Shown here piece after piece: positions 1 through 10,961 of a DNA stretch of 64,000 bases; the first letter of the stretch is position 1; each line of letters begins with the position of its first letter. A program made the translations under genes and the position numbers. Below the pieces are notes generated by a model. The model was not told the DNA's origin. It made no database searches and saw only the letters and a program-made list of their open reading frames with translations. Origin of the DNA: Octopus bimaculoides (taxonomy: Eukaryota); contig NC_068999.1 of assembly GCF_001194135.2 (NCBI RefSeq), positions 16,201,755 through 16,265,754 of the forward strand. Reading direction: 5' to 3'.

Positions 1-282
1 GATGAGGATGACGATGATGATGATGATGATGATTATGATGACGATGATGATGATGACGATGATGATGATGATGATGGTGATGACGATGATGATGATGATG
101 ATGATGATGATGACGTTGACATTGTGTTCATTTTTGTTCCCGTTGTGTGTGTGTGTGTGTGTTTAATTAAGTGTTTATTGTTTCACTACATACATTTTCT
201 TTATAGAAAACAAAGGTACAGGTAAGTAGTAGTAGCAGCAGCACTAGTAGTAGTAGTAGTAGTGGTAGTAGTAGTAGTAGTA

Positions 283-314
<32 letters not shown>

Positions 315-1085
315 GTACGGTGTTGGCGTTGCTGTTGTTGCTGGTGATGTTTGTGGTGGTGGTGGTGGTGGTGGTGGTGATGATGATGTTATTACGTGTG
401 GTAATAGTGGTAGCGATGGTGGCGACGGTTCTNNNNNNNNNNACGACGACGACGACGCTGTTTAACGAAGTTGTTTATGATGACGATGATGCTGACGATG
501 ATGATGACGACGAGGTTGATGAGGATGATAATGAGGATGATGATGATGATGATGAGGATGACGATGATGATGATGATGATGATTATGATGACGATGATGA
601 TGATGACGATGATGATGATGATGATGGTGATGACGATGATGATGATGATGATGATGATGATGACGTTGACATTGTGTTCATTTTTGTTCNNNNNNNNNNN
701 NNNNNNNNNNNNNNNNNNNNNNNNNNNNNNNNNNNNNNNNNNNNNNNNNNNNNNNNNNNNNNNNNNNNNNNNNNNNNNNNNNNNNNNNNNNNNNNNNNNN
801 NNNNNNNNNNNNNNNNNNNNNNNNNNNNNNNNNNNNNNNNNNNNNNNNNNNNNNNNNNNNNNNNNNNNNNNNNNNNNNNNNNNNNNNNNNNNNNNNNNNN
901 NNNNNNNNNNNNNNNNNNNNNNNNNNNNNNNNNNNNNNNGTGGAGGTGGTGATGGTGGTGGTGGTGATGGTAGTGGTGGTGGTTATTCTGTTTGCCGTTG
1001 TTGTTGATTGTAGTGTTAATAATACTAGTAATATTAGTAGTAATATTGCTGTTGGTGTCGGCGACGGTGGAAGTGGTAGTGGTAG

Positions 1086-1117
<32 letters not shown>

Positions 1118-2025
1118 TTATTTTTATTTATGTTCATTCAGTGGTAGTGACAAGAGGATAGGGTAGACGGAATTGTTACAGAGGCTGGCAGTTGGATGAG
1201 ACGCAGATGATGACGATGATGATGATGAGGAGGATGATGGTGGTGGTGGTGTTAATGGATGATGATCAAAACAACAACAAAATCGCCAAACACCCCGGTT
1301 AATCTATTTGGCAAACCAACCCCCCTATAAGACGGACGCGAGCATTACATAAATATCACACACAAACATTAAGTACATACATACACACACAAACACACAC
1401 ACTACCCTCTCTTCTCTTTCTCTCTCTCTCTCTCTTACTCTTTCTCTCTCGTAAACACACACATACACACACACACACACGCACAAAAATAAATTTCAAG
1501 TTACAAATTTAAAAAAAAACAACCTCTCCTCCAAAATACAGTTACAAACAGAAAAAAAAATACAATATAAAATATACGTGTATTAGTATTTAGTGTAGCA
1601 GCAGAAATATAAGTTGTAATAGTATCACTACAAATTATCGTATAGGTAGAAGTACCAATAATTTTAGTAGCAGTAGTATTAAATTAGTAACTATAAACCA
1701 ACATTGGTACGCTCTCTAGTAAAGAAGACTAGGGGATAAAACTGTAGTACAGATAGTAATAGAGTTGGCTGTAGTAGTAGTAATAAAGCTGTAGTATCCA
1801 ATAGCAGTGGTATCCATAGTAATATCCAGGAGGGTAATAGTAGAAGTAGCCGTAGAAGTAGTAGTAGTAGTATAATATTTGTAGTTATAGTGGTAGTACT
1901 ATGGAAGGCTGAGATGTTTGTTGCTATTGTTGTAGTGTTTTGTTGTGTTAAACTACGAGTATTTGTAACAGTCGCCTCAGCATAAGCAGCAGTGGAACAT
2001 CACCATCGTCAGCGGCAGCTGTTGC

Positions 2026-2066
<41 letters not shown>

Positions 2067-2159
2067 CGGTAGTAGTATTAGTGGTAGTAGGAGTAGCAGT
2101 AGTAGTTCTAGTTGGTGGTGGCGGTGGTGTTGATGATGTAATAGTAGTTGATGTTGTAA

Positions 2160-2200
<41 letters not shown>

Positions 2201-2293
2201 CACGGCAACAACAACAGTATTTAGTAGCTATTATTGTAGTTTTATTAATGATAGTAGCACCTACATTAGTAGTAGTAGTAGTTGTAGTAATAC

Positions 2294-2327
<34 letters not shown>

Positions 2328-2665
2328 TGTAGTAGTAGTAGTAGTATTGGTAGTAGTAGTAGCAGCACAGCAGCGGCGGCGGCGGCGGTGGTGGTGGTGG
2401 TGGTAGTAGTAGTAGTAGTAATGTTGGTGGTTGGAGTTAATGTAGTTTTATTAGTAATATTAGCGTAGTATAGTAGTTGTACTATAGCAGCAGCAGCAGC
2501 AGCAGTAGTGGTAGTAGTTGTGTTATGGTGGTGTTGTTCTTGTTGATGTTGTAACAGTAGTAGTAGTAGTAGTAGTAGTAGTATAAGTAGTGGTAGTAGT
2601 AATAGGAATAGTAGTAAGGATGGCGGTACTAGTTAATGTAGTTCTATTAATAATAGTAAAACTTA

Positions 2666-2704
<39 letters not shown>

Positions 2705-2927
2705 CAGCAGCAGCAGTAGTAGCAGTAGTAGTGACACAAGTTAGCGGTGTTAGCAAGGAACTGACGATGACGACGACGATGATGATGATGATGATGATGA
2801 TGACGATGACGATGACGACGATGATGCTCAGGATGCCGGTAGCCTAAAACCAGCAGTAGTAGTAGTAGTAGTAGTAGTGGTTGCGGTGGTAGGTAGTGTT
2901 GATGGGAGTGATAGTGTCAGCAGCATT

Positions 2928-2959
<32 letters not shown>

Positions 2960-3010
2960 TAGCAGAAGCAGCAGCAGCGCCACTGTCATCGGCAGCAGCA
3001 AATCTAGTCG
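1..3010 (+). repeat. Compound trinucleotide microsatellite field: (GAT)n, (TAG)n, (GGT)n, (GCA)n, with (CA)n/(CT)n
   Basis: Directly visible runs. They account for the poly-D/V/S/T ORFs in the track. Confidence 0.95.
551..689 (+). repeat. Exact duplicate of positions 1-139, ending at a gap; probable assembly overlap
   Basis: The sequence gatgaggatg...gacattgtgttcatttttgttc is identical at 1-139 and 551-689, and the second copy abuts an N-run. Confidence 0.75.
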
Positions 3011-3300
3011 TACTTTCTTTAGTACTGCATCAAAGAATACTGTAGTTGCAGTTTATGTTAGGGTGAGGAAGAACGTATGGAAGGATAGAAGGAGAAGAAA
3101 TTAATATATTAGCTAATAAACAAAAACATCTTACGGATGGACGTTGGCTGATGAAGAAGGGAAGGGACGTATTTTATTTAAAGGGGAGACGAAAAACGGA
3201 AGAAATAAAGAAAAATAAAAAAAAGAGCAAGAAAGAGAAAGAAAGAAATGTGTGAATGATTGTGTGCCTTGAATGGCTGAGAGAAAGAGAGAAACGGATT

Positions 3301-3338
<38 letters not shown>

Positions 3339-3959
3339 CGATCGAGAAAAACACACGTTCTACAAGTATGTGTGTGTACGAAAACATACATATAGACACA
3401 CACACCTACATATATAAATATGTATATATATATATATATANNNNNNNNNNNNNNNNNNNNNNNNNNNNNNNNNNNNNNNNNNNNNNNNNNNNNNNNNNNN
3501 NNNNNNNNNNNNNNNNNNNNNNNNNNNNNNNNNNNNNNNNNNNNNNNNNNNNNNNNNNNNNNNNNNNNNNNNNNNNNNNNNNNNNNNNNNNNNNNNNNNN
3601 NNNNNNNNNNNNNNNNNNNNNNNNNNNNNNNNNNNNNNNNNNNNNNNNNNNNNNNNNNNNNNNNNNNNNNNNNNNNNNNNNNNNNNNNNNNNNNNNNNNN
3701 NNNNNNNNNNNNNNNNNNNNNNNNNNNNNNNNNNNNNNNNNNNNNNNNNNNNNNNNNNNNNNNNNNNNNNNNNNNNNNNNNNNNNNNNNNNNNNNNNNNN
3801 NNNNNNNNNNNNNNNNNNNNNNNNNNNNNNNNNNNNNNNNNNNNNNNNNNNNNNNNNNNNNNNNNNNNNNNNNNNNNNNNNNNNNNNNNNNNNNNNNNNN
3901 NNNNNNNNNNNNNNNNNNNNNNNNNNNNNNNNNNNNNNNNNNNNNNNNNNNNNNNNNNN

Positions 3960-4110
3960 AGAAGAAGAAGAAGAAGAAGAAGAAGAAGAAGAAGAAGAAG
4001 AAGAAGAACAAGAAGAAGAAGAAGAAGAAGAAGAAGAAGAAGAAGAAGAAGAAGAAAAAAGGAGGAGGAGGAGAAGAAGAAGAAGAAGAAGAAGAAGAAG
4101 AAGAAGAAGA
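3960..4110 (+). repeat. (GAA)n microsatellite
   Basis: Directly visible. Confidence 0.95.
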
Positions 4111-4835
4111 GTGCAAGTAAGACTTAGGAAGAATGTTTATGTTTAAGGAATCGAAAAATAAATTAACCGAGAAAGAAAATAAAATAAAAAAAACAGAATA
4201 GGGGTCGTGAAAAGGGAAATAAACAACCGAAGGAAGAAAGAAAGAAATGAAGAAAACTAAGAGAAAGAAAAGAGGAGAGAAAAGAAGAACTGAAGTAAAA
4301 AAAAAAAAGGAGAAGCAAGACTGCCGTAGTCTCATCATCTTTAGTTCAAAACGGACATGAGTCTGTCATAGGTTACGAAGAGAATTTACTGTGTATTTCT
4401 GTATGTGTGTGTATGAGAACGTATCTGAATGTGTGTGTGTGTGTGGGGGGGGGTTAATTAGTTCTCATCGTTGTGTATGTTGTTGATTGTGTTAAGATTT
4501 TCGTTTATAATTGTGAACACAACAAAAAAATGCTCGCCCTCACGCCCCCACAGAAACAAAGATCTGATTTATAACCAGACATTACCTATACAGCTATATG
4601 TATATACATATATGACTTGCATATTTATATAAGTGTATGTATGAACGTGTGTATATACAAAAATCTGTAAGTATGGAGAATATCTCATATCTATGGTCCC
4701 TATAACCTGTTATTTATACATATAGATNNNNNNNNNNNNNNNNNNAAAAAAAATGTTTGATGGTTTGTTCCCTTAAGCGCCAAACCTACCGTGTTGTTTA
4801 CCTACTTCAAGAAGAGACTACTACTTCTACTTCTA

Positions 4836-4840
4836 CTACT

Positions 4841-4909
<69 letters not shown>

Positions 4910-4929
4910 AAGAAGAAGAAGAAGAAGAA

Positions 4930-4960
<31 letters not shown>

Positions 4961-4986
4961 AAGAAGAAGAAGAAGAAGAAGAAGAA
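4836..4986 (+). repeat. (AAT)n(AAG)n compound microsatellite
   Basis: Directly visible. Confidence 0.95.
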
Positions 4987-4989
4987 TGA

Positions 4990-5600
4990 TTTCTGATATA
5001 AACGCTAGGCCAGCAACTGAGAAAAGGGTGTTTAGTCCGGATCATTGGTCGCAGTATTTTGATATTTGCTTGCATTATCATCCATGAAATGAGAAAAATG
5101 AATTGATACAAGCGAAATTTGAACTCGCATTGTAGAGAATCGAAATAAGCTGAACCAAGAAATCGTGCGAATTGGTTTTGTCTGACGCTGTACAATGTAT
5201 ACTGGTCAACGATTAGAAAATTGGCTTCTAATTAATGCGCAAGGCAATGATTTTGAGAGGAGACCTAGGTATATCACTGGTAATTTATTTCATCAGCTCT
5301 GAAAGGAAGGAAGATGTTGTTGAGCTCAACGGGATTTGATCTCAGGACTTAAAGAAGCGGGGCGATTGCTACGTGTTACTTCTCATACCCTAACGATTCT
5401 GCCGTCTTGTTGCCTTTAATAATGATTTAAGAGCAAAACCAGAATTTGGAGCGAACATTAACATTGGCCTCAAAATGTAATTGTTATTTTATTTTATCAA
5501 ACAGGAAGGGATGGAAGGGGCAGATTTGAACTCTGCGAGAAAGAAACTCAGAAGGTGAAGAGCCGAAAAAAAAAAAAAAAATCAGTAGTCAGATGCTCGA
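4990..5600 (-). mobile_element. Cluster of decayed family-B SINE copies
   Basis: Degenerate matches to the family-B motifs seen intact at 14590-14805 (gaaaggatgaaaggcaaagtcgac...ggaatttgaactcagaac...ctaacgattctgcc). Confidence 0.6.
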
Positions 5601-5727
5601 AGCAACTCTGTTTTTCCACAACATTGGAAACTGTTAAAAACTTTTTTTTTTTAAAGAAATAAATTTGAGATCTTCATTTTATTTTGTATGAAATACATGA
5701 TTAAGCATTAAAAATTAACTATACATA

Positions 5728-6066
5728 GGCACAGGAGTGGCTGTGTGATAAGAGTCTTGCTTCCTAACCACATGGTTCCGGGTTCAATCCCACCTAAAGC
5801 ATGTGTCTTCTACTATAACCTCGGGCCGACTAAAACATTCTGAGTGGATTTGGTGGACGAAAGCTGAAACAAGCCGTCATATATGTGTGTGTGTGTGTGT
5901 GTGTTTTTCTCCCACCATGTTTACATCCCCACAACTTAGCAGTTACGCAAAAGAGACCGGTAAAAAAAGAAAACAAATAAAAAAAGAGTACTGGCGTCGA
6001 TTCGATTGACCAAGGTGGTGCCCCAGCCTGGCCGCAGTCTAACGACTGAAACATGTGGAAGATAAA
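5728..6066 (+). mobile_element. Family-A tRNA-derived SINE (CORE-like, internal dinucleotide tract)
   Basis: Head ggcacaggagtggctgtgtg...ccacatggttccgggttcaatccc, internal (TG)n, tail ggtggtgccccagcctggccgcagtc..gactgaaaca. Matches copies at 21951 and 32677. Confidence 0.85.
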
Positions 6067-6254
6067 TTCAAATACAAGGCCAAAGTGTGGGCGATTTCCA
6101 TCGGTACGTTACTGGTATTGTGTTTCGTTTCATTTGCACGGAGGAATAAAAGGCAAATTAGAACTCGGATAATATATCCGTTTATTACATAGCATCTCTG
6201 ACGCTTTAACGCATTTGCCAACCGTCTGCAATTGCCAATAACTATTTCTGATTT

Positions 6255-6895
6255 TGACTCGGAGCCGCCAGTTTTAAAGGGAGTGGGGTAAACCAATACA
6301 GTGTCCCCATTACTTGTCTAGTACATTATGTTATTCACTCCGGAAAGATAAAAGGCAACGTTGATCTACGCAGGGTTCAACACAGAGCGTAAAGATCAGG
6401 AACAAATATTGCATGTGAGAACATTTTTGCAGACATTCGAAAGATTCTGCCAACGAGGAGCGTTTCTAATTCAAATTTTGGCAACAGGCTACCAGTTTAA
6501 GCGAAAGGGATCTTCGTCGATTTCATGGAGATCAGTACTTGCATGTTAATATATTTTTATGTACCTCGAAATGATGAGAGACAAAGTAGATCCACGATGG
6601 GATTGGAGCTCAGTACGTAAAGAGTTGCTAAATATTTTGTCCGACGCGCTAACGATTCTGTAAGGTTCAGATGATATCAATTGTTACAAATTTTGGCACG
6701 GGGAGAGAGATTTTGGAAGAGTAAAGCTAAATCAATTACAATGATCCATGTGATTGATCGGTACTTTATTTTATGTACTTTGAAGGAATCGAAGGCAGAG
6801 TCGACATCAACGGAATTTGAAGTTAGAACGTAAAGACTCGGAAGTAATGCAGCTAAGGATTTTGTAAAATGTTCTAAAGATTCTGCCTGCTCAAA
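6255..6895 (-). mobile_element. Three head-to-tail family-B SINE copies
   Basis: Repeated caaattttggca...gtact(t)...gaagg..aag(t)cgac...ggatt(t)ga..tcag..cgtaaaga...ctaa(c)gattctg units at about 6255, 6468 and 6680. Confidence 0.75.
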
Positions 6896-7351
6896 TTGAT
6901 GATAATGATGATGATGATGATGATGATGACGACGACGATGATGATGAAGATAATGATGAATTCAGTTCACTGACTGACACCAAGGATATCTACTGGCGAA
7001 ATTATTTTCTAAGACTGTGCATTCTAAAGACTGGATTAACTCCACGGTGTTGGAACTCTGACAGTAGGTGGGTAGTCAATTAAATGGATGTAAGTACTTA
7101 TTAGGCTAATACATTAATTAATCGATATGTAGAGTATGAAATGTAAATTTGACCCTGAAGGAACTTAAACCCGGAATATACAATCACTTTGCTTATGGTT
7201 CGTCTTAATCGAGATTCTGGCAATACATCGAAATTATAACGATTACTTTCGTAGGCACAGCTCAGAAATTTGTGGGTGCGTTTAGTTGATTAATTCGAAC
7301 CCTGCACTGCTGTCTCCGGATGGATTACATACAAAGTTGACAACAGCTTCA

Positions 7352-7643
7352 TATGAACATTATTTACATTATTTACCTTATTTACATTTGACGGATATTT
7401 GTCCTCATCTTGTTTGTTGTTAATACAACGCTTCGGCTGATCTACCCTCCAGCATTCATCAGGTGCCTTGGAGAAATTTCGAACCTGGGTTCTCATTTCT
7501 AAGGTATTTTTCGATGTCATTATTATTACTATTCTTCTTCTTCTTCTTCTTCTTATTATTATTATTATTATTATTAATATTCAGGTCACTGCCTGGAATC
7601 GAACTCGGAATCTTGCGGTTAGTAGCCCCGCGCTCTTAACCAC
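7352..7643 (-). mobile_element. tRNA-headed, hammerhead-containing element, copy 1
   Basis: On the minus strand: gtggttaagagcgcggggctactaacc...gagttcgattcc (B-box at 7596-7606), (AAT/AAG)n linker, body with CTGATGA...CGAAGCGTT, then (taaataatg)n tail. Homologous to 10108-10385. Confidence 0.85.
7422..7467 (-). ncRNA. Minimal type I hammerhead ribozyme motif, degenerate (GAAA to GAAG)
   Basis: Minus strand ggcac-CTGATGA-at-gctg-gagggtagat-cagcc-GAAG-CGTT-gtatt. One core substitution and a stem I mismatch. Confidence 0.55.
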
Positions 7644-7765
7644 AGGTTCGCAATTTTCCCCAAGACACCTGATGAAGACTGGAGGGTATATCAGCCGAAA
7701 CGTTCTGTTAATAACAAACAAGATGAGGACAAATATCCGTCAAACGTAAATAATGTAAATAATGT
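7644..7765 (+). mobile_element. 5'-truncated copy 2 of the hammerhead element, inverted relative to copy 1
   Basis: ggttcgcaattttccccaagacacctgatgaagactgg...gtcaaacgtaaataatgtaaataatgt is the approximate reverse complement of about 7358-7487. It runs into a gap. Confidence 0.85.
7664..7709 (+). ncRNA. Minimal type I hammerhead ribozyme motif (core intact, first stem I pair mismatched)
   Basis: gacac-CTGATGA-a-gactg-gagggtatat-cagcc-GAAA-CGTT-ctgtt. Confidence 0.65.
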
Positions 7766-8244
7766 NNNNNNNNNNNNNNNNNNNNNNNNNNNNNNNNNNN
7801 NNNNNNNNNNNNNNNNNNNNNNNNNNNNNNNNNNNNNNNNNNNNNNNNNNNNNNNNNNNNNNNNNNNNNNNNNNNNNNNNNNNNNNNNNNNNNNNNNNNN
7901 NNNNNNNNNNNNNNNNNNNNNNNNNNNNNNNNNNNNNNNNNNNNNNNNNNNNNNNNNNNNNNNNNNNNNNNNNNNNNNNNNNNNNNNNNNNNTTTTTCTT
8001 TTTTCCCTTTACTTTTTTTTTTTGCCTTAAATCTTCAGAGAAGTCCTACAGCATAAATACAATTTACTCAGGAAATAAAGAAGCAGGAAATTTACTGCTG
8101 GGCAATTTGTACGACAGTTATTTTGTATCCACTTTAAGGGTTCGGGCTAAATTTGACGATTTTTTATCTTTCCTATTTTTCTGGAAGTTGATGTATTGGT
8201 AAACTGTTAACGGCGTTAGAGAGCATAACGACTCGAGATATTGT

Positions 8245-8880
8245 TGCAAGGGAGTTAACTGCCATTGAAAGCTAGAAACCATCTGAATATTGGAAAAAAA
8301 GTTACCTCTATCACGATGATTCGGGCCGGATGTGAAAACTACGGCATTGCGACTACTGAAACATGGCCTGAGAACATTATAAAGGCTGTAAGGCATGACA
8401 AGGGCAGCTGCAACAGACTTCGAAGCTATGATCAACAGGAAAGGACATAGCAGGCATAGTGACCAAGTCCGCTAGCCAGAGTTTGTCCTTATAATCATTT
8501 CAGAGGGTTATGTGAAGCTGCTCGATAATGTGGTCAAAATCTGGCTTGAAAGCCACATGTGTGGCAGCAGGATTCACGTTAGTGCTATACCTCTGGAAAG
8601 TGTCAGAAATTGACGTCAGAGAATAACTTCAACTTTTCCAGCCCCAATTTCTGGCTTCATGATTCCCTCCATTTTAATCTGATGGATTACTATGTGTGGG
8701 CCATGGTTGAAAAAGACACCAAATGATTTGCCTGCAACACGAATGCCGAGCTGGTGGCCAAGATCACGGAAGTGCTCAAAGACCCTCCCGATGTCACAGT
8801 GAGAAACACAGGGCGCTAGGTTTCGGAACCGTCTCCAGGTCGTGGTGGAAGCTGAGGACCTCACTCTTTGATTTTGGGAT
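8245..8880 (+). pseudogene. Internally deleted Tc1/mariner (maT/DD37D-like) transposase remnant
   Basis: Manual translation of about 8600-8870 gives NFWLHDSLHFNLMDYYVWAMVEKDTK*FACNT...RFRNRLQVVVEAE, matching the WPPxSPDLNPLDYxVWxxVE...RFRxRxEAVxEAxG C-terminus of maT transposases. ORF 8265-8450 resembles the N-terminal HTH region. Confidence 0.7.
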
Positions 8881-9158
8881 GAGATACGTTTTCGATTCCT
8901 TACAGAACACTAAGCAAACATAAGGTCATGCATATTTTGTGGGGGACAAAGACCTTTGTGGCAAAAGGTACAAGAAAGGCTTATTGTTTTTAGCTGTTGT
9001 TTTTTTTTTTCAATTCTTTAATATGCCCCTAAGAAGGAATGTAAAAAGGAAGGCCTCATGTTCCTTCCTAAGGAGGGTCCACATTAAAATGAAACAAGTT
9101 GGTCAAAATCTCAAAACAGTCTGACCAGTGCCTCGCTAACTACACTAATAATGAGGGC

Positions 9159-9330
9159 CATGATGATGATGATGATGATGACGACGACGGTGACGACGAC
9201 GGTGACGATGACGACGACGATGATGATGATAAGGATGATTGTGAGGAGGATGATGGTGCTAGTGTTGGTGTTGATGGTGGTAGTAGTGGTGGTGATGAAG
9301 AAGACAAAGATGAAGGCAACGATGCTGCAA
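9159..9330 (+). repeat. (GAT/GAC)n microsatellite
   Basis: Directly visible. Confidence 0.9.
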
Positions 9331-9639
9331 CTGGGGACCCAGTGAGATTACCATATATAGCCATATGCACGTATTTGCACATGCATTCGTACGTATAATT
9401 ACATGCTCACATATACGTATATATGTGTACGTGTAAGTACATGTTTGTACGCATGTATGTACGTATATATGTATATATGCATGTATATGTATATATGTAT
9501 GTGTATACGTATGTCTATATATATATGTGTGTGTGTATGTATACATATGTGAATGTATATAAAGTATATATATGGTTCTATGTATATGACTGTCATTACA
9601 CAAATACGTATGGCGGCAAAATGCCAAATCTGCTTGCAC

Positions 9640-10020
9640 ATCTTCTTTACGTGCTGAGTTCGAATATCATCGAGGACCAATTTGACTGTCATCATTTCGA
9701 GGTCGATAAAATAAGTTCCATTCAAGTATCGAGGACGACGCGATCGTCATCCAATCCCATGGGAAACTGCTGACATTGTGCCAAAAATTTAAAAAACTTA
9801 TTTCAATACGCATAAGGCAATGAATTGGCCGAATCGTTAGCAAGCCGAGTAAAATGCTTAACGGCATTTCTTCCGTCTTTACGTTTTGAGTTCAAATCCC
9901 ACCGCGGTCGACTTTGGTATTCATATTTTCGGCGTTGATGAAATAAGTACCCGTAAAGAACTGGATCCATGTAATCGACTAGTACCTTCACTCAAACTTC
10001 CAGGCCTTGCACCTTCGTTA
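9640..10020 (+). mobile_element. Two tandem family-B SINE copies (one decayed)
   Basis: taaggcaatgaattggccgaatcgttagcaagccgagtaaaatgcttaacggcatttc...gagttcaaatcccaccgcggtcgacttt at 9810-10020, plus a decayed copy at 9640-9790. Confidence 0.75.
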
Positions 10021-10107
10021 TTTCAATAGGTATAGAGCGGTGAGCTAGCAGAATAGTTAGCACGCCGAGCATAATGTTTGCGTATTTCGCCCGTCTTTAC
10101 GTTCTGA

Positions 10108-10385
10108 TAATCCAGTTCTATATTTAAGAGATGAGGAATTATGTACATTGTTTACATTATTTTCATTTGACGGATATTTGTCCTCATATTATTTCTTGTT
10201 AACACAACGTTTCGGCTGATATACCCTCCAGACTTCATCAGGTGTCTTGGGGATATTCCGAACCTAGGTTCTCATTCCTAAGGTATTTTTCGATGTTGTA
10301 TTTATTATTATTATTATTATTATTATTTAGGTCACTGCCTGAAATGAAACTCTGAATCTTGGGGATAGTAGCCCGCGCTCTTAAC
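10108..10385 (-). mobile_element. tRNA-headed hammerhead element, copy 3 (longest 3' end)
   Basis: Minus strand gttaagagcgcgggctact...caggcagtgacct-(aat)n-acaacatcgaaaaataccttaggaatgagaacc...CTGATGA...GAAACGTT...tcctcatctcttaaatatagaactggatta. Confidence 0.85.
10201..10246 (-). ncRNA. Minimal type I hammerhead ribozyme motif, full catalytic core intact
   Basis: gacac-CTGATGA-a-gtctg-gagggtatat-cagcc-GAAA-CGTT-gtgtt. Stem I gacac/gtgtt gives 5 pairs (one G-U). Stem II has 4 of 5 pairs. Stem III is the palindrome AACGTT. Confidence 0.75.
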
Positions 10386-10386
10386 A

Positions 10387-10456
10387 GGCATACGGCGTAG
10401 TGGTTAAGAGCGCGGGCTACTAACTCCAAGATTCCGAGTTCGATTCTATGCAGTGA

Positions 10457-10460
<4 letters not shown>
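10387..10460 (+). promoter_or_regulatory. tRNA-like internal Pol III promoter (A-box about 10393-10403, B-box 10436-10446)
   Basis: CGGCGTAGTGG (A-box-like) and GAGTTCGATTC (B-box) at tRNA-like spacing, with an anticodon-like arm ggg-ctactaa-c(c/t)c. No complete acceptor stem, so this is not called a tRNA gene. Confidence 0.7.
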
Positions 10461-10509
<49 letters not shown>

Positions 10510-10529
10510 GTAGTAGTAGTAGTAATAGT

Positions 10530-10845
10530 GGAGGCGCAATGGCTCAGTGGTTAAGGCAGCGGACTCGCGGTAGGAGGATCGCGGTTTCGATTCCGAGACC
10601 GTGTGCTGTGTGTGTTTATTGAGCGAAAACATCTAAAGCTCCATGAGGCCTCGGCAGAGGATGGTGGCGACCCCTGTTGTACTCTTTCGCCCAACATTCT
10701 CTCACTCTTTCTTCCTGTTTATTGAGTAACGCTGCGATGGCCTGGCGTCCCGTCCAGCTGTTACGTCGGAACACATACGCCATAGTAAACGGAAAAACCG
10801 GACCCATGAGCCTGGCTAGGCTTTAAAACAAGGGCGAAACATCAT
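10530..10845 (+). mobile_element. Family-C tRNA-derived SINE with V-domain-like central segment
   Basis: ggaggcgcaaTGGCTCAGTGGttaagg...GGTTTCGATTCC head. Central gcgatggcctggcgtcccgtccag resembles the V-SINE superfamily domain (recalled from memory). Confidence 0.65.
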
Positions 10846-10915
10846 CAATAGTAATAATATCTTCAACATCGAAAAATACATTAAGATCGTGAACCCAGAT
10901 TCGAAATTTCCCGAA

Positions 10916-10961
10916 AACACCCGATGAAGACTGGAAGGTATATCAGCCGAAACGTTGTGTT
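10916..10961 (+). ncRNA. Minimal type I hammerhead ribozyme motif (U4 to C substitution)
   Basis: aacac-CCGATGA-a-gactg-gaaggtatat-cagcc-GAAA-CGTT-gtgtt. Stem I aacac/gtgtt is a perfect 5 bp. Confidence 0.6.

Noticed and set aside
3135-3147. 13-nt minus-strand micro-exon candidate (cttcatcAG|ccaacgtccatcc|GTAAGA)
   Set aside because: Splice motifs are good, but one such hit is within chance expectation and I cannot link it to other exons.
262-4338. Long poly-D, poly-V, poly-T, poly-K and poly-R ORFs
   Set aside because: They are reading frames through trinucleotide microsatellites and N-runs, with no splice or homology support.
10387-10460. tRNA gene call for the element head (also for SINE heads at 10530, 21951 and similar)
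   Set aside because: A/B boxes and an anticodon-like arm are present, but there is no complete acceptor stem. Each is followed by repeat-specific body sequence, so these are tRNA-derived heads.
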